Assembly: GCF_009914755.1 (NCBI RefSeq)
Contig: NC_060932.1
Length of the DNA: 64,000 bases
Origin: the human T2T-CHM13v2.0 reference genome, Homo sapiens
Direction: 5' to 3' (one strand)
The position numbers and the translations under genes are program-made. This document shows, in pieces, positions 42,053-56,873 of this stretch. Under the pieces are notes generated by a model. That model was not told the DNA's origin, ran no database searches, and saw only the letters and a program-made list of their open reading frames with translations. Each line of letters starts with the position of its first letter. Within the stretch, counting starts at the first letter, position 1.

Positions 42053-42264
42053 AGAAGGAAGGAAAGAAGGAAGGAAAGAAGGAAGGAAGGAAGGAAGGAA
42101 GGAAGGAAAGAAGGAAGGAAAGAAGGAAGGAAGGAAGGAAGGAAGGAAGGAAGGAAGGAAGGAAGGAAGGGAGGGAGGAAGGAAGGAAGGAAGGAAGGAA
42201 GGGAGGGAGGGAGGGGAAAGGAAGGAAGGGAGAGAAAGAAAAGAAGAGAAAAGAAAAGAAAAGA
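42053..42264 (+). repeat. Compound (GGAA)n/(GGGA)n/(GAAAA)n microsatellite
   Basis: Pure runs: GGAA x7 (42081-42108), x11 (42125-42168), x6 (42177-42200). Confidence 0.97.
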
Positions 42265-42814
42265 AGCCACAACTGGGACCCACGGGGAGGCAGCTTCTGG
42301 CAGGTAGGGAGTCAGGAGGAACCTACTTGGGCTTGGAGAGTCCATGACCATGCATTAGTAGAGGCTGAGAGAACTGACCTCATTTTGAAGGAGGGTGGCT
42401 TAGGTGTTACTGAACAAAAGAAAGCGTTGTTTCAGGGGAGATGTGAGCCTTTGTATTGGTGAGAAGGAGAAGAGCTAGTAGCTTGAGAGGGAGCGAACCC
42501 AAAAAGAAAAAAGATGGCAGCCAAGGTAAAGTCCCAAGGTAGAAAAGAAGGGATGGAATCTGACTTGTGCAGGAAAGGAGCCCTTCATTCTCTGCACACA
42601 AGGAAAGGAAGATACATGTAGTGGGCGAGGAAGGAAATCCTGAAGGAGACATCACAGAAGCAGAAGCAGCCTCCACCTTTTAGATTCAGTCAGAAGGCTG
42701 GGTCATTTCCTGAGGGCTGGGGTGGGACGAAGCAGTGGAGACTCTGAGGAGAGTGAAGTGTTTTAACAAGGTTGCTATGGGAAAGGCAAAAGGGACATGA
42801 GGAATAAATTTCCT

Positions 42815-43175
42815 GACTTAGTATCCTGATTTGGGTGCAAATAGTATTTAAGAGGTGGTCCCCAGAAGTGTGGTGAAGAATAGAGAACTGAGTCAGGCAA
42901 GGGAGGAAAGCTACTCAAGGGAACTTTATTGGGTTGAGTGCTGCTCTAGGACCTGGAGTTCACTCCCTCTTGGAGACTCTTGTGAAACTGGGCAAAACAC
43001 ACCTCAGAGTTGTCTCACCAAGGGACCAGAAGGCCAGGGTACTTATGCAGCCACTTTCTCCCCTCACAGTTGAAAGTGCCCCCTGGTGGTGTTAAATTCC
43101 TTGCACTTCAGGCCTCCCCAGTGCTCCTATGGCCAGAGAAATCCCTCAGGCAGACACCTGGAGCTGATGAAAGAA
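42815..43175 (-). mobile_element. Old ERVL LTR fragment (LTR33/LTR16-like)
   Basis: GATTTGGGTGCAAATAGTATTTAAGAGGTGGTCCCCAGAAG...ACACACCTCAGAGTTGTCTCACCAAGGG; similar to the copy at ~54 kb. Confidence 0.55.
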
Positions 43176-43177
43176 GC

Positions 43178-43780
43178 TGTGGTAGTCAGAATTCTAAAGG
43201 TGGCTCCATGATACCCCTCCCAGTGCACACATCATGTATAATCCATCCATCCCCCTGAGTGTGGCCTGGACCATGACTGTGATGGGATAGCTTTCCTGTG
43301 ATTTTGTTATATGGCAGGAGAAATAAGGTTTGTAATCAGTTGACTTTGAGTTCACCAAAAGGAAGACTACCCTGGGCAGTGCTGACCTCATCAGATGAGC
43401 TGAGAAAGAGACAAGAAGCAGCAGTAGACACTTTCCTGGAGGTGTGACATGGAGCAGGCCACAGGGCAAGGTCCTGAGGGCAGTCTGTGGGAGCTTAGAG
43501 TGACCCCAGCCAACAGCCAGCAGGCAAATGGGAACCTCACTCTTAAAACAGGAAACTGGGTTCTGCCAATTACAAGAAAGTGTGGAAGAGGACCCCAGGC
43601 CTGAGATGAGATTGCAATCCCAGGTGACATTGTGACATCAGCCTGAGACCCTGAGCAGGCGACCCAGCTAAGTCATCCAGAATCCTCACTGACCCACAGA
43701 AGCTATGAGGTAATCCATGTGTATTGTTTTAACCTGCTACATGTGTGTCATTTGTTGTGCAGCAATGAAAAATGAATCCA
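43178..43780 (+). mobile_element. MLT1E/F-like solo LTR
   Basis: TGTGGTAGTCAGAATTCTAAAGGTGGCTCC...CAGCCAACAGCCAGCAGG...TGTCATTTGTTGTGCAGCAATGAAAAATGAATCCA. Confidence 0.8.
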
Positions 43781-44232
<452 letters not shown>

Positions 44233-45679
44233 CTAAAGGTGACGTTCAAGATGGATGAAGCATGGCAGCTTCCTTCCTCATCCTGAGGACATCATTAGGC
44301 CCAGAGCTTCAAATCCAAATTCCAGCAGAGGAAGAGGCAGAGGCAGGGAAAGTCCCCTCTCTTCCGGCCCTGCAGGGATCAGCCAGTCTGTTTGGAGGAT
44401 GCTAACACTATGTGCTGGGCCACTGGGCTGTGTGGCCTGGAGGCTAGAGCAGGCAGGCAATCAGAGCTGGAGGCCCTGCAGGCTTGTTGATGCCGAGGTT
44501 CTGGGACTGCCATGGTTTCCAGGCACCAGGCGGGTAATTTGCTTCTGCATCACTCCTAGAGTTCTCCCATTACATTTTGGAGCCTCAGGCATCATGATGA
44601 AGAGCATGGAGTTTACTCTCCTCTTTGCAGATAGACATGCTGCATTTTCCTCCTAGAACACAGATTGTCCCCTATGCAGCTTGGGTTGCTCTGCCGTCAC
44701 CTTTCCTGCTCCTCAGCAAAGTAGAAGGTAAAGCCGACAAAGGCGATTTTTACAACCACACCAAGAAAAGGTACTTTAAACTCGATACAACTCCACATTT
44801 AGATGTCTGGGATCCCCTGCATGGCTAGATTCTGGGCTTAATCAGTTTGAAGTGCAGCACTGAACACATTATCATGGACTTTTCTCACCTAATTGAGACT
44901 GCTGCTCTTAATGCAAAAGTTCTGAGGAAGATTAACAGTCAGAAGGTTAGCCAGAGGCATTATACTTTATCAGACTGTGCCTTAAGGTGGCCATAACAAA
45001 GTTCAGATGTGTCTGAGTCTGTTTTAAAGTTAATAAATTAAATTGCATTGGTTCATCTAAGGATGAACACATATTTGGGGAAGAATCCATAATCATCAAA
45101 TTCACAAGGGACTGGGTAGTAATCCCTCAATGGGAGATGTGTGCTCAGCAGGATGGCCCATTCAGGTCATCGCCCAGGTTTAATTTTTGGTAGGTAGGTT
45201 CTGCCCTAAAATAAAATTAAATATCTTGCTCAGCAAATACCTTCTGAGTTTTTACTTATGCACAAGGTGCCATGCCAGATGCTGTGGTGAGGGCAGCGAT
45301 AAGTTATACATGGGTCATGCCCTCGAGAAGCTTCCCTGCACATAAATACAACACGGATGAGAACGTGCTATAGGAAGATGCAGATGACTTGCTAAGGGAG
45401 CGCAGAAGAGGGAAAGATCCTTCCAGCAGGGAGTGTGGGGAGTAGGGAGAGAATCAGAACCTCCCTTTGTTCTTGGCAGCATTCAAGCTGAGTCTGGAAT
45501 GAAGTGTAAAGGTTTGTAAGGAATATGATACAGGGGGGCCATTCCAAGGAGAACATAGGTGAGCAAAGACATGGAGGTTGGAAAATGAGGAAGTCTTGTG
45601 TGCAGTGGAGGGAAGACGTGCTAGAACTATGAAGGAGTACCAGATTCGGCCTCACAGTCACCAAACAAATGGAGCATAG

Positions 45680-46039
<360 letters not shown>

Positions 46040-46119
46040 TGATGAAGTTGCTTTTTCCAGGGTGTAGAGCCTTCTGTCTACATAATCTGTTCTAGCCACT
46101 TGAAATTGCATCTTCCATG

Positions 46120-47341
46120 GGTAAACCAAAAAGTATTTGAGACAGGTCTCAATCAATTTAGAGGTTTCTTTCGCCAAGGTTGAAGACCAGGACCTGTGAC
46201 ACAGACTCAGAGGGTCCTGAGAACACGTGCCCAAGGTAGTTGGGTTGCAGCTTGGTTTTATACATTTTAGGGAGACATAAGTTACAGGAAAATATATAAA
46301 TTAGTACATGCAATGTATACATTGGTGTGGCCAAGAAAGGTGGGACATCTTGAAGCAGGGGGACTTCCTGGTTACAGGTGGATTCAAAGATTTCCTGATT
46401 GACAATTGGTTGAAAGAGTGAAGCTCTGCCTGAAAAGTTGAAGTCAGCTTGAGTTAAGGTAAGAGGGGTTGTGGAAGCCAAGGTTCTTGTCAGGTAGATG
46501 AAGCCTCCAGGTAGCAGGCTTCAGAAAGATGTGAATATCTCTTATTGGACCTTAAAAAGTGTCAGACTCTCCAGAAAGGATCTAGTAAGGGAAGGAGATT
46601 CTCTGCAGACTGTAAATTTCCCCCACAAGAGAAAGCTTTGCAAGGCCATTTCAAAATATGTCAAAGAAATATATTTGGGGGTAAAATACTTTTATTTCCT
46701 TCACGGCCTGCTATCTGTCATGTGATGCTGTACCAGAGTCAGGTTAAAATTCGGTATCCTATTGCTACAGAGTCTGCTTCATCAGTCTTAAGATCTCTGT
46801 TATGCTGTTAATGCTGGTAAGTTGAGTCTCAACTCCAAAGGAGGGAGGCTATGATGAGCATGTCTGATCCCCACTTTCCATCATGGCTGTTTTTTTGTTT
46901 TGTTTTGTTTTGTTTTGTTTTGTTTTGTTTTGTTTTTGAGATGGAGTTTCACTCTTACTGCCCAGGCTGGAGTGCAATGGCGCAATCTCCGCTCACTGCA
47001 ACCTCCACCTCCCAGGTTCATTCTCCTGATTCTCCTGCCTCAGCCTCCTGAGTAGCTGGGATTACAGGTGCCTGCCACCATACCCAGCTAATTTTTTGTA
47101 TTTTTAGTAGAGACGGGGTTTCACCATGTTGGTCAGGCTGGTCTCAAACTCTTGACCTCAGGTGATCCACCCGCCTCAGCCTCCCAAAGTGCTGGGATTA
47201 CAGGCATGGGCCACCATGCCTGCCTCCCCCCACAACCATTATGGCTTTAACTAGTTTTTTAGGTTTCTTTGGGATCCCATTGGCCAACAGGGGGGTCCAT
47301 TCAGTCTGTCAGAGGCCTTAGAATTTTATTTTTGGTCTACA
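46120..47341 (-). mobile_element. ERV1 MER4-family solo LTR with 4-bp TSD, interrupted by an Alu
   Basis: Ends GGTAAACCAAAAAGTATTTGAGACAGGTCTCAATC and CCTTAGAATTTTATTTTTGGTCTACA. CATG at 46116-46119 and 47342-47345. Confidence 0.85.
46889..47225 (-). mobile_element. AluS with (GTTTT)n tail nested in the MER4 LTR
   Basis: Antisense dimeric Alu; flanks CCATCATGGCT and CCATTATGGCT are TSD-like. Confidence 0.92.
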
Positions 47342-47397
47342 CATGTATTGTGGGAACTCCCTGACATGCCTCAGCCTGCTCTGTTTGGGTCCCTTGT

Positions 47398-47734
<337 letters not shown>

Positions 47735-48785
47735 TGATGGTGTCTTACAGCCCATTAGACTGTAGTTTATCTCTCATGAGTTACTCTGTGCATCAGAGGC
47801 CTCTGACAGCCTTCTATAGAGCACCCTTGACTCTGCAGTAAGGGCCAAGGGACCCTCTAGTCTTCTCAGCAACATAGAGACAAATTATTCCTCAGAGTGG
47901 ATATTCTTCTCAGGTGGCTGTCCTCCTCTGCCTCTGGCAGGATTTAATTTGCTTCCATTGCAGAGGGTGGCACTTCCTTGCCTCTATCCTCAGGGTGAAG
48001 TCGACCTGGGCTTCCATACGCCCCACTGACTGCAGGGGTGCTGGAGCGAAGACAGGCCTTGGGTGAACTAAATGTGGCAATCTGGCTTCTGGGGCCAGTC
48101 AAGGAAGGTCCTGTGAGTCTGTACCTCACAGAGCCAGAAATAAGAAATGGCAGAGGATATGTCCACATCACTAATGTCCAGAGTTCCAGAAAGGGCCCAC
48201 AATCAAACAGAACCAGCTTCAAATCCCAGCTCTACACTTAACAACTGTGTCACTCGGCATGCAACTTATTCCAAGCCTCAGTCTTCTTCTGCTTAAAGCA
48301 GGGAAAAAGATTGTGCTTACCTCCCAGGGTTGTTATACAGACTAGCAGATGAAGTCTGTTTGGCAGCCAGTGGCAGCCAGCCTGACCTGTTAATGAAGCT
48401 CGATTGATGTTAGCCATCACGAATGTAAACCAAGGACGCATGCTTGGGCAATATCAGAAAACTTGCAGCTGGTGAGAGGAGCAACAGTCTATACCCCTAA
48501 GCAGGCAAACAGACCTGGATCAATTGCCAGCAAGCTGATCTCTTTGTTTCTGAGGTGATGGCCTTGTTTCCTTCCTGTCCCTCCCTCATTCTTGCAATTG
48601 ACTGTGCTGTGTGATTAGGCAGTACCCACAGCAGTCAGAGAGCCCAAAGAACTCTCCGATGCTCCATGTAGCTTTCCAATTGATAACTTCTGCACTGGTG
48701 ACCTGCCCTGGGGCCAGTGAGACCCAAGCTCTTGGCCACCTGAGGCACAGAGAGGAAAGATACTCGGTTCAACTGTGATTGGTGG

Positions 48786-49377
48786 TGTTTGAAATGCTTG
48801 TCCCCCAGTGCCATAAAGAAATAGCACTTGAACGTAAATTTAATTTACTCAGCAAGGCTATTTTTATACTTTCTGCAGAAAGGGTACACTTGCCAGCAGT
48901 TTTGCCACGAGAGTACACTGAACAAAGGAGTCAGGGTCATTTATATCCTTGATGCATCCACCCTATTGCTGTGTCCAGTTTTCATTGGCTGGAACGGGAC
49001 CTTACATTTTGTATTTGTCCTGATTGGCTAGCAACTTAGAACTTTTTAAAAGAGGCAAAGGTAGAAGAGAACAAAGGAAGGAGGAAGTAACTTGTGGAAT
49101 GCTGAGAAAGGTAAAAACACCTTTAAATAAGGAAGAGGAACAGACTATGACCTACTGCTTGCTTGGACCAGTATAAGTATGCTAGGGCAAATATTTAGGC
49201 TAAACTGTGGGAGCTAAGAACATAAAGTACATTGATTTCTTTATCAAGGCTAGCAGATATTTAAGAATGTTAGCACAGGTCTTTGAATAAATTTTGCTTC
49301 TAAGAGAAGTTACTATTTATTCCTAATTAAATGGGGAGGAAAGTCTTTGAAGAGGAACTTTTACTTTATTTTTTACA
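48786..49377 (-). mobile_element. ERV1 solo LTR (LTR10C-like)
   Basis: TG...CA bounded, ~590 bp. Minus strand begins TGTAAAAAATAAAGTAAAAGTTCCTCTTCAAAGACTTTCCTCCCC, as I recall for LTR10C. Confidence 0.75.
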
Positions 49378-49439
49378 ATGGTAAAATGCACGATGGAAGC
49401 TTGGGCTTGTAAACTTCCAGAGACAGCGGAAACAGGGAT

Positions 49440-49621
49440 GCACTGGTGAAAGCTCCAACCAGCTTGTGTAAGTTTATTTAAGAATTATGCTAGCCATTTA
49501 ACATCCTGTTTGTAGCTTGAAATTGGCCAGGGGGAGATTGTTGACACCACAGAAATCAGCAAACTTTACAAATCAAGGTCCTCCGCTTCCATCCCTGTAA
49601 AACATTTATCAACACACCCCT
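49440..49621. mobile_element. hAT DNA transposon fragment (MER63-like)
   Basis: GTAGCTTGAAATTGGCCAGGGGGAGATTGTTGACACCACAGAAATCAGCAAAC...AAACATTTATCAACACACC. Confidence 0.55.
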
Positions 49622-51479
49622 AGGCGGGCCCTTTCTCACATCCCTCGCCTGCCTCACTTACTCTTAACTATTGCCCTCACACTACCTACCCCACCCCCAG
49701 ACAGCCCAGCAAAATCTTAAGCAGTTCAGAAATAAACTGCCAGAGACAGCCAATGAGAAACAGCTTGAGCTGCAGCGAGAGTGCCCTTGAGAGCGGATGC
49801 TGAGACTCCAGAGCCTGGTCTCTCCTTCTCTCTGCTCCTCAGAAGGGAGTTAGTCGGCAGATATTCAGGTACAAGAACTCTTTGCTGCCTGTTAGAGTTG
49901 AAAGATCTCCGTGCCAGTTCTCTGAGGGGCAGGTGGATGAAAGAGGAAAACCCCATAGGGTCACAGGGAATTCTCAATGTCAACCCAAAGCACAGAAGTG
50001 CCCATAGAGGGGGCTCATGAGGACAAGCCTGTGAGGCACACAGAAAAGAAAAATAATTGTCAGCAAGGACCAGTGAGTTTAGCAGAGGCCAAGTCTGTCT
50101 TTCCCCTTGCAGGAGCTGAGGGGAAGCCAGGAAAGCGGCGGCCTCAAGGCTGAGAGGGGATGCACTCCCCACCCCCACCACATGGACAGCTTCAACCTGC
50201 GACCTCAGGGCTCCCCAGAGCAGCAGCAACCCTAACCCCTGAGAGGAGCCCCACCCTCCACCGGGGACATGCACCTCTGTCTCCTTCCTCTGTCCCCAGA
50301 AAGGAGCTCTTCCCACTGCAAGTGAAGGGGAAGCCGCTCCCTGAACACCATCCTTGTGTGTATCTAGCGCTTTTGCTCCTATAGTATTTAAGATCCGCAT
50401 CAACTTTTTTATCCATCTCATCCCTCACTTCTCAGGCAAGTTTGGAGACCTTACCCTTTACGTTCTCCTTCTCCTTCGGGTGGTTGGAGACCGCGGTAAA
50501 GCATCGGGTACCTCCTGTACCTCAAGGGTTTTGCTGCTCCCTGCTCAAAAGCCAGAGTCTGCCATATGGCCTGCCAGCTCCTCTGTCACACTTTCTGAGC
50601 TGTTCAGAGTCTAATCACACCTTTAATATCCAGCCTTACGTCCAGCAGCTTCTCCTTCACCTGAGCTTTCTGCTCACTGTTCTGCAAACACAAGGCTTCT
50701 CCCTCCCACCCTGCTGGGCTCCTGCTGTTTCTGCAACCTGGATGACTCTTTCCTTCCTTTAATGCATCAAGAAATGCCTCTTCATCCAAACTCAGGCCAG
50801 ATTCTCTATCTTCCAGGCAGCCATGTGTCCCCTAATCTAACCCCCACATCTTCTCCCTTCTGTCTCTATTCTACTTTGACCAGTAACTTATGACTTAGGT
50901 CTTAGCTCTTCTTTAAATGTTCTCCCCAGCTGAATGGCAAGCTCCCTAAAGACAGACTCTGCATCTGAATACTGTTCTCTGTGTTCTCCACAGTGCTTAG
51001 CATAACACTGGTATCCATTAGGTGCTTAATAAATACCTTGCTTGGTTGGAATTATTAGGGGCTTCTGTCTATAATATTGAGTCTTTTTCTTACTGGGTCC
51101 TATCTCAGCTATAGTAATAGTGTTTGCAAGACATTCTTATCACTGAGTAATACATGGATACATTAATTGTATTCATAACAATAATTGCTCCAATTTATTG
51201 AACAGCTATTCTGTGCTCAAAACAGCAAAGCATTTTACAAGCATTATCTAATTTACCTCTAAGGTCAGAACTATCATAATCCCCATTTCACACATGAGGA
51301 AACTGAGAAACAAAGAGGATGTGACTTCTCCAAGCAAACAGGCCAGAGCTCAAGGTCTTCAACGTTGCGTTATTCTGCTGTTGCCAGGAGCCCTGCACAC
51401 ATTCTGTGGAGAACAGTCTAAAGTGCAGTGAATAGCATTAGCCACCAACTGTTCATGCAAATCAGCATGGCAAAATAGG

Positions 51480-53640
51480 CGAATTTCCAGCTAACTAGGT
51501 GAAATGAGCATAAGCATTTATACCTACTCTCCCGAAATAGTAGTAATATCATAAGAAAGTAATAAAAGAGGAGTAAATCTACAAAGACAATGAGAAGAGA
51601 ATAATTTATAGCAGCAGAGAGACAGCAGCAAGATTCCAGAAGTCAAATGGCGGGCGAAAGAGCGGTGCACCCCCACACAGGCCAGGGAGGCTGGGCAGCT
51701 CGCCGCTCACTGCAGGACCCTGGGAGGCCCAGAATGAAAGCATTGAGTTCCGAGGGAAAGTGGGGCAAGAGAAGAGACTAAAAAGAGACCTGTCTGAAAG
51801 CTTTCATACAGAGTAGTCAGGCTCCTAAATCCCCTCCCCATACGCTGCACAGCCAAGGAATGGCCCTTCCTTGGCCCTGCAGGGTGAACCTCAGAAAAGG
51901 GCCCCTGAGGCCCACAGGCAGACATGGGCCAGCTGCCAGGCTGAAGAGAGGGGCTGAATGATCTCTGTCTACAGAACAAAGACACCTTCATCCTCCTTCA
52001 CTCCTCACCATCCTCTTCCAGCCCCAGTCCCCAAATGCCAGTGGCCAGACAGGAGATGGGAAAATATTCAAGAAACAGAATTCTATGCTAACAAACAGAA
52101 AGTCCTGAGTATATGTACAGATACAGTTGAGTGTCTCTCAAGGGAAAAGTCAGTTTTCAGCCCCACCACCCTACCGTGAAGTCCAGAATCAGTGCCCTGT
52201 TGCAATCAGAGAGCCTCACATCAACCCTTGAGTCCTTAATAATTTCAAAATGTAAACAGACAGCAAAGTATCAACAGATTTTTTTAAGGAAAGAATCTAA
52301 TATGAAGATCAAAACAAATTATTTTTTAAATCAGGAAGCAGAGATTATACGAAGAACAGACAAGAAGCTCCAAAGACTATCAATATCTTTAGAGAGATAC
52401 AAAAAAGAAATGACACCATGAAATGAGAACAGAGGGCCCCAATAGCAAAATGGGAGCAATTAGAGAATAAGAAACTCTATTAAAAAATGAAATAATAAAA
52501 TTATGAACATCAAACATTGTTTAATCAATAAAAGAGTTCATAAAGTCAAGGAACTATTCCAGAAAATACTTTAAAAATGGAAGAAGTAGAAGGGGAGGAG
52601 GAAGAGGAGGAACAAACAGATGAGCTATGGAGAGGCAAGGAGGAAAATTCAATGAGCAATTCAGGGAGACCAAGAGTTAACTAATAGAAGTCCCATAGAG
52701 AAGAGAAAAAAATGAATAAGATGATACTAACAAAGAAATAATATGGAAAAATTCCTATCTGGGCAGATTAAAAGGGCCTATTTAATAACCAATGCAATGA
52801 ATTTTAAAAGGTTCACAGCAAAGAACCTTAACATGAAACTTTACAACATGTGGATAAAAATAATAATCAAAATAAAGTAGGAAAGAGAGGAAGGAAGGAA
52901 AGAAGGAAGGAAGGGAGGAAGGAAGGAAGGTAGGTTACATGCAATGAACTAGGGATATGAATGACATTGGATTTCTCAAGAATTTCATCAGATGTTAGAA
53001 GGCTGTGGGACAATTTCTTTAAAGTTCTGAGGGGAAAAATAACTTTTAGTTCAGAATTAAATACTTAAACTGTCAACCAAATTTGAAGGTAGATTTGCTT
53101 CTATCTCTCATGCACTATTTTCTAGAAGCTACCAGAAGATGAGTTGCAGCAATAAACACGTGCATACATACCAATAAACAGATAGATGGGGGGAGTGAGC
53201 CAAGAAAGAAGAAGACTGGATGCAGGAAATGAGTGACACATCAGAGAAACGGGAGAGAAGTCCCAGAAGGACAGCCATGTCCCATGTGCCATAACTAGAG
53301 AAGGGACAGAAAAACAGAAAGCTTCAGGGGGAAGATATCCAGGAAAAAAAGGAGAACTCATAATAATAACTTTTAGAAACCCTAGTGGTTCTGCTTCTCT
53401 GATAAAATTCTTACCTATGCTAAACTAAGCACATGAAAAGCATGTCTAGCTCCAGGAAAAACAAAACAAAAGTTTATACAAGAAAAAAATTTGTACATTG
53501 GATGGGTTAGCAGTCAACAATATTTTCATAAGCCAAATAATTGAATAATCAACTATTAACTTATCCAAAGCATGTGCTATAACTGTACTGAGAAGATTGA
53601 AAGGGAAGTATATGCCTGCAGGTGGGAAGAATAAGAATGC
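51480..53640 (+). mobile_element. Highly diverged L1M/HAL1-like 5' and ORF1 region
   Basis: A-rich sense bias with ORF1-like remnants (GGCAGATTAAAAGGGCC; GAATGACATTGGATTTCTCAAG...GATGTTAGAAGGCTGTGGGACAATTTCTTTAAAGTTCTGAGGGG). Confidence 0.55.
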
Positions 53641-53974
53641 TGAATCCTTATCCAAGTTTATTCCCACCTCTGGGCCTTTGCACTAGCAGGTGCCTCTGCC
53701 TAGAACTCCCTTCCCCAGAGAGGACGAGGCCCACTCACTCATCTCATTCAAGTCCCTGTTTAAATGTCTCTTCTTTTGTCCAATGTATCAGCAATAATGA
53801 TCCCCCAAACTGTAGCACTCTTATCATCCTACTCTGCTTTATTTTTCTTCAAAACATTTTCTAACAGATACATGTAACTTATAGACTATTGCTTGCCACC
53901 TTGGAGATTTTTAATAAATACTAGTTGAATAAAGTCATGAATGAATTACCATGACAGAAAATCAATAATTAATG

Positions 53975-54640
53975 TCTGTCTTAGCTTGAGTTTCTCCTGA
54001 AGCAGACCCAGAGACAAGAATTAATGCAAAATCTTATTTGAAGGGATTGCCAGGGCCTGAGGGAGAGAGGGAATGGGGAGTTATTGTTTAATGGACACTG
54101 AGTTTCAGTTGGAGATGATGAAAAGTGCTGGAGATGGATGTTGGTGATGGTTGCACAACAATGTACTTAATGCCACCCAACTGTACACTTAAAATGATTA
54201 AGATGATAAATGTTCTGTGCATTTTACTACAATAAAAGGTATTTTTAAAAAGCTTACTTGGGAGATACAGAAAACACCATAGAGGAGTGGAGAGAGTGAC
54301 AGGAAGGGAAGCCACCAATAATGGTGCATGATCAACCAGAAACCCCTTGAGCAGACTATGTCTCAATCCCTCAGAGAAGCTCCGGAGAATGGTGCAGCAC
54401 CTGCCTGAGTTAGCCCACCACAAGGGCGAGGGAGTGGGGGGATTTATACACCAAGCCCTGCTAGGTTGGATCTGCTTTTGAGGAAATTGCCTGACATTTC
54501 ATGCCTGCTCCTGTGCACAGGTGAGCAGTCTTTGAAGAAAATTCTCCGGCAAAGAGATGAAGATATTGCCAGCTAGAAGTAGGCAAGCCGCACTGAGGGA
54601 TAAGGTCCAAGGGACCAGGTGGGACCCTGGCAGGTCAACT
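53975..54640 (-). mobile_element. LTR33-like ERVL LTR interrupted by an L1MB 3' fragment (~54045-54250, + strand)
   Basis: TGTCTTAGCTTGAGTTTCTCCTGAAGCAGACCCAGAGACAAG...; L1MB insert GGGAATGGGGAGTTATTGTTTAATGG...GTACACTTAAAATGATTAAGATG. Confidence 0.6.
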
Positions 54641-55100
54641 GCAATGCCTAAAACTGATGACCCAAAGGATTGTGGTGAGCATATGTTACTTAGAAACATG
54701 GAGTTCAATACCTCAAGACCCAGCTGGAAGAGTTCACAGCAGTTGCATTTAGGGAGCAGGACTGAGGAATGGGAAAGGGATGACTACATTTTGTTATAAT
54801 TTTGTCCTAATGTTTCAAAGTATTATTTCACTTTACCAGGATAAAGTGGTATATAATTTGGATAAATTACCAGGAAATCATCCCATGCTGACTTGATTCT
54901 AATTTTTCATGGGAAAATATTATAAAATGATTAACCAGCCCTGTGGAAAAAGGAACTCAGTGAATGTTAATTGAAGAGAACTGAAACCAAACACCTTGGA
55001 AGCCAGTAATCAGTTGTATTCAATTCTAAAAGCTTTTGTTAAGCTCCTTCTGTATTCTAGACATGGTGCCTCATGTTGCAAGATGAAGAGATAAGAACCT

Positions 55101-55529
55101 TGTAATGAGTTGAATAGTGTCCTCCCAAAATTCATATGTACACAAAACCTCGGAAGGTGACATTATTTGAAAATGGAGTCTTTGCATTTGTAACTAGTTA
55201 AGATGAGGTTGCCATGGATTAAGGTGGCCCCTAAATTCGATGACTGGTATCTGTATGAGAAGGCCATGTGAAGACACAGAAAGAAGGTGGAGGCAGAGAT
55301 GGAAGTGATGCATTACAAGTCATAAAACACCAAGGATTGTCAGCAACCACTAAAGCATGGGAGAAAGGCAAGGAATGAGTCCTTCCCTAGAGCCTTCAAA
55401 GGGAGCACGGCCCTGCAGATGCCTTGATTTTAGACTTTTGGCCTCTAAAACAGTGAGGGAATAAGTTTCTGTTGTGTTAAGCCACAAGTTTTTGGTAATT
55501 TTTTATGTCAGTCCTGGCAAACTAACATA
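55101..55529 (+). mobile_element. MLT1C-like solo LTR
   Basis: TGTAATGAGTTGAATAGTGTCCTCCCAAAATTCATATG...CCCTAGAGCCTTCAAAGGGAGCACGGCCCTGC...AAACTAACATA; flanks AACCT and ACCCT. Confidence 0.88.
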
Positions 55530-56583
55530 ACCCTGTTCTTACAAGTTTGAGTCTGGGGAGGAAGTGGCCTTGGACCAAGGAGATGTGTCCTTCCCCCTCT
55601 GTTTCTCCTCTCTGCTGGTCAGAAGGCAAACCTAACAGGCTGAGCTAGAATAGCCATTGTGGACCAGGAAGTGGAAGCTGTGCATTAAGGGAAGTGGATC
55701 AACAAGGTAAGCCCCCCATCTCCCTGGGCCAGGGAAGCCATGTTGACCAGGCACTGCCGACTTGCACATGACTTCTATGTGGAAATAAGCACTGACACTG
55801 TATAAGCTACTGTCTTTTTTGATTTGCTGTCACTTACTGCTGAATATAATCCTAATTCAGATCTGGAGTCAGATTCATAAATGAAAATACAAAATTCAGT
55901 GTGGTCAATAACATGGTGGAAACAAGCCATGATCACAAAGAAATGAAAGATCAACTTAACCTGGGAGATTAGGGAAGGCTTCTCAGGAAAGGCAACAGTA
56001 GCCAGATTTAAGAGCATGAGAAGGAGATTGCCAGGCAGCCTGGATATGGGATGATAGGTAGGCATTTCAAAGAGGGAACCCACTTACCGACACGGACGGG
56101 GAGTGAGAGTGCAGTGCTTGGGACCACGTGCATGGAGAAAGCAGAAGGTGAGAGGAAGTTAATGATGAAGAGGGAGGCAAAGGCAGGGTGATAAAGTCTT
56201 AGAATGCATCTTATGTCGTGAAGAAGAGCCATAAACAGGTGTGCAACACGGACGCAGTGTTAGCAATTAGCATTTTAAAAAGAACACTTAGGCTTGCAAG
56301 GAACAACAAAAGAGTCAAAAAGATCAGGTAAAAGGCATTGCAGCAGTTGCTCAGTTTGATGATGACAAGGGTCAAAATGAGTGCAAACCCATCTACCTTT
56401 CGATATATTTTACAAAACTGAAATAAAAATGCAAGGCAAACTAGTTGGTCAATTGTCATTTGTGTCATTTCCAAAATGACACTGGTGTCTATGTGTCATT
56501 TCCAAAGTATTCTTTGAATAATAAAACCAACACTTTCTCTAGCAAAAAAAAAAAAAAAAAAAAAGGAAAAAGGAAAAAAAAAA

Positions 56584-56835
56584 GACTAGGTGCGATGGCT
56601 CATGCCTGTAATCCTAGCACTTTGGGACGCCGAGGTGGGTGGATTGCTTGAGCCCAGAAATTCGAGACCAGCCTGGGCAACATGGTGAGACCCCATCTCT
56701 ACTAAAAATACAAAAACTGAGGTGGGTGGAGCACCTGAGCCTGGGGAAATCGAGGCTGCAGTGAGCCATGATCATGCCACTGCACTCCAGTCTGGATGAG
56801 AGTGACACCCCATAAAAAAAAAAAAAAAAAAAAAA
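56584..56835 (+). mobile_element. AluJ with right-arm deletion
   Basis: Linker AAAAATACAAAAA joined directly to CTGAGGTGGG; long A tail. Confidence 0.88.
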
Positions 56836-56873
56836 GTGCAGAGGCACTGGGGACATACAGGAAGAAACAAATG

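Noticed and set aside
41909-42462. LPSF- and KEGR-repeat ORFs (also at 43930-44249)
   Set aside because: Translations of GGAA/GGGA microsatellites plus Alu sequence.
49726-50421. 231-aa minus ORF
   Set aside because: No domain, no supporting splice or promoter context, composition typical of chance ORFs.
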